The notes under the pieces are model-generated. The model searched no databases. It saw only the letters and a program-made list of their open reading frames with translations, and was not told where the DNA came from. Made by a program: the position numbers and the translations under genes. A stretch of 64,000 nucleotides of DNA from Octopus sinensis (taxonomy: Eukaryota): positions 26,784,001 to 26,848,000 of the forward strand of contig NC_043018.1 in NCBI RefSeq assembly GCF_006345805.1, read 5' to 3'. The number at the start of each line of letters is the position of its first letter. Positions within the stretch are counted from its first letter, which is position 1. Positions 50,314 to 63,155 of this stretch are shown here, piece by piece.

Positions 50314-53300
50314 TAATGATAATAATGACCTTGTAATCATGAGCCAAATATCTTAACCATTTAGCCATGCTCTTTTACCCATCTTATCAACTGCCATACT
50401 GTAAAGATGTTAAAATTCATAGATATTTAATGAAATTAAGAAAAAAAGCACCTGTATACAAAATAATAGAAAGGAAAAAAATTAATAAAAACAAAATGTT
50501 AAATTGATAAAAATAAATATTATTGGTTCACCTTTAGTTCATTGTCAAGCCAACTTACTCTCAGAACAACTAAATTACTAACTTAACTAATTAACTAATT
50601 GCTATCTCAAACCTGTCAACTTTTGTTCTCATTAACCTTCGACTCTGGCCATTTCAGTTCGTACCATTAACTCCTAGCTCGTTAAATTTAAACTGTTTAA
50701 CACATGTGGTCTAGGGATGGATATGTATGGCTCCTGTTTATGAGTTTGTGTGGTCAGTTCCTGGTCTGAGCAGCATACATTGTGTCCTTGAGCAAGGACT
50801 TTCATCATCATCATCATCCTCATTATTGTCATTCAGTGTTCATTGTCCATGCTGGCATGGGTTGGACAGTTTGACCAGGGTTGGTAAGCTGTGGGGCTGC
50901 ACCAGACTCCAGTCCGATTTAGCATGGTTTTTATGACTGGATGCCCTTTTTAATGCCAACCACTCCGAGAATGTAATGGGTGTTTTTACGTGCCACTGGC
51001 ACCAGTATCTGCCATGACTACGATTTCTCTTGGCTTGATGGGTCTTCTCAACCACAGCATATTGCTAGATATCTCAGTCATTTGTCATTGCCTCCGTGAG
51101 GCCCAATGCACGAAAGAAGGGGCTTTTTACATTCCACCAGCACAGGAAAGAGCTGTACCAGTAACCACTTAGTTTCTGGTGTAGCCATGTCTCCTTCAAA
51201 ACCATCACTTCTGTAATGTCCTGCTAGATCAAAGATGGAGAGCTCAAGAAATGTGTGCATGCCTGCTTGTAGTTACTTAGGCCCTGAAAGCAATTAGTGA
51301 AACCTTAGGTGCATGCATGGTTGCATGGTTATAAAGTTTGCTTCCCAACCACAAGGATTTGGGGTTCAGTCCCACTGTGTGAAACCTTGAGTGAATGTCT
51401 TTTACTATAACACCAGGCTGACTAAAGTCTTGTGAATGAATTCAGTAGATGGAAAACTGGCATCCAGGGGGGCGAATAGTTCAATGGGCCAGCCTTGTGC
51501 CAAGTAAGCAATCACTTCATTTGAATTCATGATTAATTCAATACCTTGTAAATAAATAAGTTTATTTCATAAAGTAAACTGAATGCTAAAGGCAGGGGAG
51601 GACCCAAGGGGGTGGGGATGAGGGGCACCTGCTGCCCCTCAAGGAAAGAAGTGCAACCTTCTAAATACTGTTATTAGGCTCTTTTCTCTTGGAATTGCAT
51701 TCCCTTCTGAATGTGTACCCTCACTTTGAAAAAATTCCTGGGACTGTACCTGAAAAGGCTAAGCCAGAAGCTATGTTGTCTGACTTTGACTTGGGTCTTT
51801 CATGAGCCCCAGGACCCACGAAACCAGTTGGAGGCTGGTATGCATGGGTGACTGCTGGTCTTCCGTAAACAACCTTGTCCAGATTCGTGCCCAGGTGCAA
51901 TCCCATAATCATTAATGACTGAAGGGAGTCTTTACGTTTAGTACTCCATCCGACCCATACAAGCATGGGAAACTGGACATTAAAATGATGATGATTGATA
52001 TGATTGATGATGATTGATAATGATTGATATGATTGATGATGATTAAGTGGCACCAGGAAGTTAAAATAGGATCGACGACCCCCTGGTCTAAGGCATTCGG
52101 CTTAGGCAACCATCAGGTAATTTAAGCTTGTGGTTTTAAGGTCTTGCTGCTTACGTCTTCACATTGCTAAATGGTGTACACAATATTGAGATTAACTTTA
52201 CAATTATAAAATTATACAGCGAGACTGAAATAAATAGCTGTAAGCTTCTAATTAACGTGATCTGCATAACAGTACGATGGGAAATCTTGGCTTTTGAGAC
52301 TCTAAGAGAGAAATTTCAATGGCCAGGTCTTTTGTTCACCTTTCAAATAGTATACCAAGTGAATCTAATTAAGTAGGCCTTCATAATTGCTTTACTTATT
52401 TATTTACTCGTTTTTTAATCAATTCCTGGTGCAATTAGCTGGGTGATTCAGTACATTGATACACAGGCCTCAAACACTAAATGGATCTTATTATAATATT
52501 CCGAGTTCCATTTTGGTTTTGAATCATTGTGAAGAGTCCTTCTTTCTATTATTAATTCACGACCAGTGTTTCCCAATAATCAATCGAATCTCTGTAGTTG
52601 TTGTTGTTGTTGTTGTTATTATTATTATTATTATTAGCTCGCTCTGACCAGTAAGTGGCTGTTGGAACAGAATACATATGAACCCAACTTTACAATTTTC
52701 AACTGAAAACTCAACTGAAAATTCTTCCTTCTCAAAAACGACAAAGCCTTAATTCCAGTGAAAGCTACGTTTTTGTATCGTGAGCACGTATTATGAAAGA
52801 TATAATACTGTAACGATAATAATAATTATTCGTAAGTACACAATATTCCTATTAACAAACACACAATAGTTTACATTATCTCAGAACTATAACATATACC
52901 AGTACTACTGTCTCCTACTGTTCAATACACCACAGAAGTTGATATTTTGAATATTTCTATCCTTATTTGCCATTACCTATATTTATTACCTATATTTACT
53001 GTTATTATCTATATTTCTTGTTGCACAAACAACTTGGTTAAGTGACCAACAACGAATCGAAGACACTGAAAAACAATAGGTAGCTCACAACAACAGTAAC
53101 AAAAAAAATACACATCTTTAAATATCGCAACTGGTCGTACATTGAAGTGGAAACTTTCATTAACTCATGGTTCATTCTCTTTCAAACCGATAACATACAT
53201 GCCTCAAACTTCAATTTCATTGCTAAAAGAGTTGGCCATCTCTTTAATAACCCTGCTTCATATCTCACTGTGAGAAACCTGTAACCACGTGGATAAACTA

Positions 53301-53857
53301 GCCCGAAATTTTTTACTCACCACAGCCCATTTAATGTTATTATCTATATTTTTTTGTTGCACAAACAACTTGGTTAAGTGATCAACAACGAATGAATCGA
53401 AGACACTGAAAAACAATAAATAGTTCACAACAACAGCAACAGTAACAAAAAAAAACACATCTTTAAATATTGCAACTGGTCATATATTGAAGTGGATACA
53501 ACTACAACATTCACATCAGCAGCTAAAAGAACTAATAGACCCGTCATTATCATCATCATCATTGTTTCCATCTTCTACTGCTACTTCCCCTTCTTCATCT
53601 TCTCTCCCCCTCCTCCTGCTACTACTCCTAGTGGCCAAAGCCAAACATTCCATTCTACCTCGCCAGTGACCCATCCCAACCACTCTTACTTTCTCCATAT
53701 CCCACCACCATAGCTCCACTAACAACTCAAGTACCATTGCTACTACTACTACTATCTCAGCCAGTGTACAAAATCAACCACTGCTCCTTCCCCCTCTCCA
53801 TTCAAGTCAAACAATTCTAAATCTCAAGCTATTCACAATCCACCGCCCACATAAACG

Positions 53858-55266
53858 ATGACGGGTAACGGAAATCCACGGACTGCCAGCTCAGAGAGCA
53901 ACACTTGCCTGGCCACAGACATCATATTGAAAATCATCTCATCAACACAAAATCAAGATATAAAAAGTGTCTTGTCGAAATATGATATCAAACAGGAAAG
54001 TGGAGCAATATACAAAAATATTTTCACCAACTGTAAGTTTACGATGTTAAAGAAAGCAGCAGCTTTCTTGAATGATGGTGTCCAAGTTGAGCTCACAAAA
54101 CCAAACCTCACCAACTGGATTATAGCAAGGATTGAAAACTTCCTCCCGGAGACTTGCAAAATGTGTGACAAACAGTACTGCATTACTTTTGGCCAAAAAC
54201 CAGCTTTGGCATGCTTCATCTGTGGACAAGGAATACACGAAGCGTGCTACTTAAAAAAGATAAATAACCACATCATTCCAGATATTCTAGGCCTACACTG
54301 GCTATGCAGTTATTGTTCACCAAGGGCCACAATAACGAATGAACCTAGGACCCTACCACAGACAGGCCGTTCTAAACAGACATTGATTGGCGAAACTGAC
54401 ATGGCAAATAAATCCTGCCACACACAGGCCATCCAAGTGCCTCTTGTAAATGACAAGAATGAAGACAATGACATGCAAACACCTACAAAACAAGAAACAG
54501 GAGATCTTGCAGAAAAAGACCAAACTTCCCACGAAAAGAAACAGATCCAGAGCAAACGCTCAAATGAAGGAAGGCCAGTATGTATCCATTACAGGCGCAA
54601 CAAGTGCAAACATGGTCTTTCAGGTACAGGGTGCATGTACAGTCACCCCAAACCATGCAGACCATATATCAACTTCGGTACTGATCGTAAAAAAGGATGC
54701 CAAAATGGCCGAGAATGTGAACTCCTTCACCCAAAGATGTGCCGCAATTCGCTGAGAAAAAAAGAATGTTTTGGTGAGAATTGCAAATTTATGCACCGGA
54801 AGGGTACAATTCGCATAAAAACTACTGAACCCACACCACCAGGACCAAGCTCAGCAGGGTATGAAAACCATTTCCAAAAATGCGGAAACCAGGTCATGGC
54901 TCAGCAGGGTATGAAAACCATTTCCCAAAAATGCGGAACCCAGGTCATGGCTCAACAGCGAATGAAAATCATGCTACTCAATTGCATACATCAGCTGTAA
55001 CAAACCCAAACTCGCAGAAATTCGATATAGTAATGAATGAAAGCAGTTTTTTAGGCATAATCTACCAACTACAACAACAGCTGTACTCCATACAGACGAC
55101 TCAGCAAAACCAGGCAACATTGATACAAAGGCTGACACCTGGACTTACAGGGCACGTACAACAAATACAGACAGCCCAGCAGACCGAATATCCAGTCAGC
55201 ACAGTCCCAGCAACTACAACAGTCTTGCCAACAATAGGGCAGATGTATCCGGTACAACAAGCATAA
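53858..55266 (+). CDS. LINE ORF1p: PHD finger, CCCH-type zinc fingers, 17-aa repeats, Q-rich tail (one 1-bp deletion near 54874)
   Basis: PHD pattern CKMC...CFICGQGIHEAC...WLCSYC. CCCH patterns CIHYRRNKCKHGLSGTGCMYSH, CQNGRECELLH and CFGENCKFMH. The first 51-nt repeat copy is only 50 nt; restoring one C joins ORF 53858-55000 to ORF 54880-55266. Confidence 0.88.
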
Positions 55267-58252
55267 TAACAGCAAATATCCAGGGTCTTTATCCGAAAAC
55301 AAAACAGTGTAAAGTCCCTTTCTTGGAAGAATTAGCAACAGAAAACAACTCCAAAATAATTGGAATTACTGAAAGTCATCTCAACGAAAACATCCGCAAC
55401 AGCGAAATCACAATCAATAGATTCAACATCTTCAGATGTGATAGACAAGGCAGATCCCATGGGGGCGTTATCATGTATATCCATGATACCTATGCATGCA
55501 TAGAACTTGTCAATGAATCAAATGCCTACTGCAACCTGCTGTGCATAAAAATCATCCAACTTAATACAGTTGTAACAATAATGTACAGACCGCCAAACAG
55601 CCCAACATTATCCTTCACTGAGCCACTGACGAAGCTCCAACAAATTCTGGGAAACATGGCAAGTCCAATGCCAGACATTATCCTCCTTGGTGACTTCAAC
55701 TTCCCTAACATCATCTGGCCACATGGACACATACTAAAACTGGGGACAAAAGCTGAACAAATACAGGCAGCCAAACTGTTGGAAGTCACAGAGAAATTAT
55801 ACCTCAAACAAATGATGACAGAAGCAACAAGAAATAATAATACGATCGACTTGGTTTTCACCAACAACGAGGACACGCTATTTGACCTTCACTCAACCCC
55901 ACAATCCTTTCAGACCACAATATTATTGAAATGCATTTACACATTGGTAATGAGCCCAATGCCACAACTCTTAAACAAAAGGACATGCCAAAGCTATGCA
56001 GGTATGATTATCACCAGGCAAATTGGGAAACTATTAACAACCAGTTACAAATCATTGACTGGGATCTCTACCTTACTGGGCCAGATAAACACAAGAAATT
56101 CTTAAACAAGATCGAAGAAATATGTGAAAAAAATGTTCCTCTAAAGAAAACCAAGTCCACAAAAAAACCTGTACCACGGGAGCGAAAGATCCTGATGCGC
56201 AAAAGGTCAAGACTAAGAAACAAAACATCTAAGCTGACATCAAAACATGAATTACAGAAAGTCCTTGACCAAATATACAGATTAGAAGACAATCTAAAAC
56301 AACACTATGATGAAGAACGTAACAATGCAGAAAAGAAAGCCATAGAAAACATCAAGAAAAATCCAAAATGTTTCTACAGTTTTGCAAAGAAATACTCGAA
56401 CACCAAGTCAACAATAGGACCTCTCCAGAGACAAAATGGGGATGTAGTGAATAACCCTATTGAAATGGCAGAAATGTTGGGTCAACAGTATGAAAGTGTC
56501 TTCAGTGAGCCATCTAAAACCATGAAGATCCATGACCCAGGAAAATTCTTCAAGGATATCGACCATACTAAACCTACCCTATCCGACATTGATTTCAACC
56601 CAGAAGACATAGCAAGAGCAATAGACAAGCTCTCCATGCACTCGGCTGCGGGGCCTGACGGTTTCAATGCCATGATACTTAAAAACTGCAAGGCACAATT
56701 GTCGAAACCCCTTTACATGATATGGAGGGAATCTATGGAGAATGGCAAAATACCAAATACATATAAAGAAGCACACATAACTCCAATACATAAAGGGGAT
56801 AGCAAATCAAAACCAAAGAACTACCGACCAATCTCACTGACATCACACATTATCAAGGTCTTCGAAAGAATAGTTCGTGGAAAACTGGTTGAGTTCCTGG
56901 AATCCAACAATCTGATGAATTGCAACCAGCATGGATTCAGGTTAGGTAGATCATGCCTTTCCCAACTACTGGCACACCATGACCAAATCCTAGAAAATCT
57001 AGAGAATGGATACAACACAGATGTTATCTACCTCGACTTTGCCAAGGCATTTGACAAGGTAGATCATGGCATCCTGGGTCACAAACTTCGAAAGCTAGGA
57101 GTAGGAGGAAAAGTTGGTACATGGATAAACGAGTTCCTTACAAATAGAACTCAAACAGTCACTGTGAATGGAACCCATTCAACACCATCACCTGTGACCA
57201 GCAGTGTTCCTCAGGGTACAGTACTCGGCCCAATCCTGTTTCTCATCCTCATCTCTGACATAGATGAAGATACAACCAGCAACGTCTCATCCTTTGCTGA
57301 TGACACCAGGGTCATGAGACAAATCAAAGACGAGGTGGATACAGAGGCCTTACAAAAGGACCTGACCACCATATATAAATGGCAGGAAACAAACAACATG
57401 TTGTTCAATGATAAGAAGTTTGAACTAATTCGCTACGGAACAGATCAAGATCTGAAAAATACAACAAACTACAGAAACCCATCAGGACAACAAATAATGG
57501 AAAAACAGTATGTGAAAGATTTAGGCATCCACATGGGAACCAACCTAAAATTCAGAGAACACCTTGACTCAGTCTGTCTTACTGCAAGAAAGTACAGCGG
57601 GTGGATCTTGCGCACCTTCAAATCAAGAGATACCTCAACAATGAAAACCCTCTGGAACAGTATGATACTTCCGAGGATTGACTACTGTTCTCAGTTGTGG
57701 TCACCAACAACAAAGGGCCAACTATCTAAGATAGAATCGCTCCAAAGAAATTTTACCTCATACTTCTCAGAAACGAGGGACCTGGACTATTGGCAAAGAC
57801 TCAAAACCTTGAGGATGTACTCAATAGAAAGAAGATTTGAGCGATACCGAATTATATACATTTGGAAAATGATAGAGCAGAAGGTGCCAAACTTTGGTAT
57901 CAAAACCTACCACTCACTGCGCCACGGAAGACGCTGCCAGCTGCCACCAATCAACAAAAAGGCTGGCCAGGCAGCAAAAACCCTGCGAGAATCAAGTCTG
58001 TTGGTTCGAGGAGCACAACTGTTCAACTCCATTCCGGTACATGTCAGAAATCTATCAGGATGCAGTGTGGAATCATTCAAATTGCAACTGGATAGATACT
58101 TAAGCACCATTAGAGATGAACCCCATCTCCCAGGATATACACAACGAGCACAAACTGACTCAAACTCGCTCCTACACATGTCAAATTTAAGCAGAGAATA
58201 CAACCTGGCAACCACACCAGACTCTGAGGGTGGAGTCTTCGACTTGGCCTGA
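55047..58252 (+). CDS. LINE ORF2p: APE endonuclease plus reverse transcriptase (no AUG before the EN domain; one 1-bp deletion near 55901)
   Basis: EN motifs NIQGL, ITESHL, YRPP, GDFNFP, IDLVF, SDH. RT motifs YRPISLTS, QHGFR, YLDFAKAFDKVDH, VPQGTVLGPILF, FADD. The frame is open from 55041 and stops at TGA 58250-58252. Confidence 0.95.
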
Positions 58253-58437
58253 GCATGGACTCAAACCCAAATGAAATGAAATGAAATATTACTATTATTA
58301 TTACTATTATTATTATTATATTATAAGTGATGGATGTTTATTATTATTATTACTATTATTTTTATTACTATAAGTGATGGATGTTTATTATTATTATTAT
58401 TATTATTATTATAAGTGATGGATGGTTGTTGTTATTA

Positions 58438-59010
58438 TCAAGGTGGTAAGCTGGCAGAATCATTAACGTTCTGGACGAAATGATTAGCGGTATTTTGTCT
58501 GCCGCTGCGTTCTGAGTTCAAATTCTGTTGAGGTCGACTTTGCCTTTCATCCTTTCGGGGTCGATTAAATAAGTACCAGTTACGCACTGGGGTCAATATA
58601 ATCGACTTAATCCATTTGTTTGTCCTTGTTTGTCCTCTCTGTGTTTAACCCCCTGTGGGTAGTAAAAAAATAGGTATTTTGTCTGTCTCTACGTTCTGAG
58701 TTCAAATTCCGCCGAGGTCGATTTTTTTCCCTTTCATTCTTTCAGGATCAATGAATTAAGTACCAGTGAAACACTGGGGTCAGTGTTATTGACTAGTCCC
58801 CTCCCCACAAATTTGAGCCCTTGTGCCTCCAGTAGAAAGGATTATTATTAGCAGTATTTCACCCGTTGCTACGTTCCGAGTTCAAATTCCGCCAAGGTTG
58901 ACGTTGTCTTTCATCTTTTCGGGGTTGATTATTTAAGTACCAGTTACATACTGGGGTTGATGTAATCGACTCATCGCCTCCCCCAAAATTGCTGCCCTTG
59001 TGGCAAGATT
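58438..59010 (+). mobile_element. SINE family A concatemer (about 3 bodies)
   Basis: Head at 58440, restarts at about 58673 and about 58853. Confidence 0.88.
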
Positions 59011-59397
59011 TGAAACTATTATCATTATTATTATTTCATCATCATCAACATCATCTTCATTATTGTGTGTTTTTCTCTGCACAGCTGAGAGTAGATCTGT
59101 GTGCTGTAAGTGTATGCAGTGTAGAATGTTCTGGTGTACTCTACATATGTGTAGTATGCCATGGAAACCAGGAAACTGGCCCTTATGAGTTGGCATAACT
59201 TGAGAAGGTAACTTCACCTAACTTTTACTACCAGAAATGGTTTAACTCTTTTAGCATTCACATTCTGTCAAAAGAAATGCTTTTTAATTCACATTGTTTT
59301 GAATTAATCATGCATTACCATGTCACTATAAGATTTTGATGGGGTAACTGTTAATTTTTCTTAGAATGATATCGTATGAGATAGGGTTAGTTTAAAT

Positions 59398-59945
59398 CAG
59401 GGGTTCTCGACCATTTTTTTTATCTACGGACCCCTTTGATTACTATTTTATTCTGGTGGACCCCCACAGTTATTCAATGTTTAAAAACTAATTTTATACG
59501 AACTTCTTTCAAAATTCCTATTTTGTTTTCCACACATTAACTTGTGTAAGTTGAGCATATAAAATGTTAGAGAAAGAAACCCAGCTGTTGCTTGCAGCAC
59601 ATACATCAAAAGCAAAATTTTTTCAGGAGCCCTTGAAATACTATCATGGATCCCCAATTTACTATTTTGTTGCGTGGACCCCCAAAATCTCATATGGAAC
59701 CTCAGGGGCCATATGGACCCCAGTCGAGAACCATTGACCTAATACAGGGGTTCCCAACAGGTGGTTCCCAACCCCCTGGAGGGTCATAAAGCCTTGGCAG
59801 GGATGGGGTCACAAAGCCTTGCTAGAAGTGGCTTGGGATAATATTAATTTCATAAAATGTAAATTAAGCTACTGATAGTAGGGGTCACGTGGGTTTCAAG
59901 CTTTTGGGTAAGGCGTCGTGAGTGCAAAAACATTGGGAACCACTG
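59398..59945. mobile_element. Two adjacent hAT-like MITEs (59398-59736 and 59745-59945) separated by 8 bp
   Basis: Termini caggggttctcga / tcgagaaccattg and caggggttcccaa / ttgggaaccactg are CAG-type hAT ends. Related ends occur at about 8475 and about 29790. Confidence 0.65.
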
Positions 59946-60029
59946 GTCTAATTACATCAGAGTACATGTTGGATGATTTTGCAGCATATTCAATGTACAA
60001 TGGTTTGTCTGATTATATCAAAACCTCTC

Positions 60030-60399
60030 CAAGGCGGCGAGCTGGCAGAAACGTTAGCACGCCAGGCGAAATGCACAGCCGTATTTCGTCTGTCGCTACG
60101 TTCTGAGTTCAAATTCCGCCGAGGTCGACTTTGCCTTTCATCCTTTCAGAGTCAATAAATTAAGTACCAGTTACGCACTGGGGTCGATATAATCGACTTA
60201 ATACATTTGTCTGCCCTTGTTTGTCCTCTCTGTGTTTAGCCCCTTATTACGTTCTGAGTTCAAATTCTGCCGAGGTCGACTTTGCCTTTCATCCTTTCGG
60301 GGTCAATAAATTAAGTACCAGTTACGCACTGGGGTCAATATAATCTACTTAATCCGTTTGTCTGTCCTTGTTTAGCCCCTTGTGGGTAGTAAAGAAATA
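60030..60399 (+). mobile_element. SINE family A dimer with TSD
   Basis: 16-bp direct repeat tatatcaaaacctctc at 60014-60029 and 60400-60415. Confidence 0.92.
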
Positions 60400-60678
60400 T
60401 ATATCAAAACCTCTCAAAGTATCAATGTTTGTAAATGAAAGCTAGGACAGTTTATTGATAATGAGATCAAGAGTGCAGTGAACGATCAAAATTGGTTGAT
60501 CCTGCCTTGATGTTGATTTTCCCTGATCATTTACCATCTTTACATTGGGAATAGTACTGTACTTTCTTCTATTATTAATCGCTTATAGTTTAGATTGAAC
60601 TTTATCACTTCTATTCAGGTGTTGATAAGGAAACAATTAGGTTATCATGTTAGAAGGAAAAAAAATATCTTGTGATTA

Positions 60679-60888
60679 TACTCTTTACTCTTTTACTTGT
60701 TTCAGTCATTTGACTGCGGCCATGCTGGAGCACCGCCTTTAGTCGAGCAAATCGACCCCGGGACTTATTCTTTGTAAGCCCAGTACTTATTCTATTGGTC
60801 TCTTTTGCAGAACCGCTAAGTGATGGGGATGTAAACACACCAGCATCAGTTGTCAAGCAATGCTAGGGGGACAAACACAGACACACAA

Positions 60889-60982
<94 letters not shown>

Positions 60983-63112
60983 ATATAAAACTGAAATGCG
61001 TTTTTACCGCTTGGATCGCTTTCAATGCCATTACACCCCGTCCGATTCGCTCCAAAATTTACAGGGACATGTAGAATGAGGTGACGATGCTCGTGGGCTA
61101 CCTTAGAAATCCCTAGCTTGAAAGGTGTGGTTGCTAGGGGCCATCTTCCTCACTCACGCTATTTCCTCCTTTCCCTCTCTTACTCCCCTCCATCTATAAC
61201 TTTGAGAAGTCCACTCCAGTTATTTAATGTATTCCCCTCAACTCCCTTTCACTTTCCCTTTATAAGTTCGTCAGGCGGCTTTCTTTGATGTATCTGTTTG
61301 CATTCATAGGGAGAATTATCATCGCTACCAACAACACACAATCATGAGAATCATTTTATATATTTTATATATTATATAGTTTTTTTAATGTTTTTGTTTT
61401 TGGTTTTTCACTGTTTGATTTGCCTATTAGTGGTTTTATCTCTATTTTAATTTATACAGATATAAATCTTATTTGTATACATTTGTATATATAATGCGTG
61501 CACACACACACACATATATATACACACATATATATATATAATGTGTGCATTATAAGTTCGTCAGACGGCTTTCTTTGATGTATCTGTCTGCATTCATAGG
61601 GAGAATTATCATCGCTACAAATTATGTATATGTCTTCCTCACTCACTCACTCTTTTTCCTAATGATAATTATCATCGCCACCACCACCACCACCAACACA
61701 CAATACTCACTCTATTTCATACAAACGGCCTTCTTTGATGTATCTGTCTGTGTGAAAGAGATAGATAGCTGAAATTTTTTACTCGGTTTTTGTAGTGCGT
61801 GCGTGCATATGCATGTATGTGTGTATATGTATGTATGCATGTATGTGTGTGTGTGTATGTATCTATGTATGTATCTATGTATGTGTATGTATGTGTGTGT
61901 GTATGTGTGAGTGTGTATGTATGTACCTTTGCCTGTTTATGTAACGGTCTGCTATGTAGAAAATAATGAGGTTGACTCAATGGAAATACATACATACACA
62001 CACACATACATACACACACATACATACACACACATACATACACATACATACACACACACACATACATAGATGCACACCTATGTTAAAAGTGCTGGCAAGT
62101 TTGCATGACAACTATTTTTTTTCCTCAAATGAAAGGCGTGACCTCTAGGACAAAATTCCTCATCTTATAAAATGTGGCCCCAGTACACCCGAATGAAATC
62201 GCGTTATATTAACCAAAATGTGAAAAGGGGTCTAAATGGGGCTGGAAGGGGATTAAAATTTAAAGGAGCGGGTGTTTAGCAATTCACTGTTACATCAAGC
62301 TAAAAAATTTGCGCCAGCCTTTTAATCGTCAATGTGTTGCCATCCATGATTTTACGCCAGCCGTTAAACTGTCAAAACGTTGCTGTCTGTCGTTAAGAAA
62401 TGCCAGCCATGCTGACTCTACTACCCTCAGATTCTATCCCTTCAAACTTTGGTTTCCAATATCTTATTTTTATTCAGCTTGCAAGTCCGTCTGTCCCTTT
62501 TAAATGTTAGTGTTTTGCTGTCTGCCTTGAAGCAGACCTTTCCATTGTTACTGCCTGATATTTATGATTGATCTTTCTAAATATTTTATTTCTCAACTTA
62601 CTCAAGATCTTTTGTTGTTTATAAATGGGAGAGAGATAGATAAAGATAGCGAGTAAGAGAAAGCGAGGGAGAGTCCGAGAGAAAGGAAGAGTAAGAGAAT
62701 GGGGAAAGTGAGAGAGAAACAAAGAGGGAGAATCATCATCATCATCATCATCGTTTAACCTCCGTTTTCCGTGCTAGCACGGGTTGGACAGTTTGACCGG
62801 GGTCTGGGAAGCCAGGAGGCTGCACCAGGCTCCAGTCTGATCTGGCAGTGTTTCTACAGGTGAATGCCCTTCCTAACGCCAACCACTCTGTGAGCGTAGT
62901 GGGTGCTTTTTTTGTACCGCCGGCACAGGTGCCAGGGGGGCTGGCAACGGCCACGATCGGTTGGTGCTTTTTACGTGCCACCAGCACAGAAGCCAGTCAA
63001 GGCGGCGCTGCAATCGGCCACGTTCGGATGGTGCTTTTTACGTGCTGAAAGGAAGCAACAGAAGGTAACAACCACACTCTTACCCGCGCGTAGAGCGGGT
63101 CACCTTCAGCTA

Positions 63113-63155
<43 letters not shown>

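Larger units (their letters stand above)
52636..58287 (+). mobile_element. Near-intact full-length CR1-group LINE (about 5.6 kb; 5' boundary approximate)
   Basis: Long 5' region, overlapping ORF1 and ORF2, 3' UTR of about 17 nt and (AAATG)3 tail at 58269-58287. Both flanks are (ATT)n-type microsatellite. Confidence 0.9.

Noticed and set aside
58288-58437. CRISPR-like repeat-spacer pattern (also the RTE 60-bp modules)
   Set aside because: Eukaryotic context, spacers are microsatellite, repeats are too short or variable, and there are no cas genes.
62309-62503. SH3-like start (CVAIHDF) in the Helitron interior
   Set aside because: The rest of the SH3 signature (WW, GxxPxNY) is absent, so this is a chance match.
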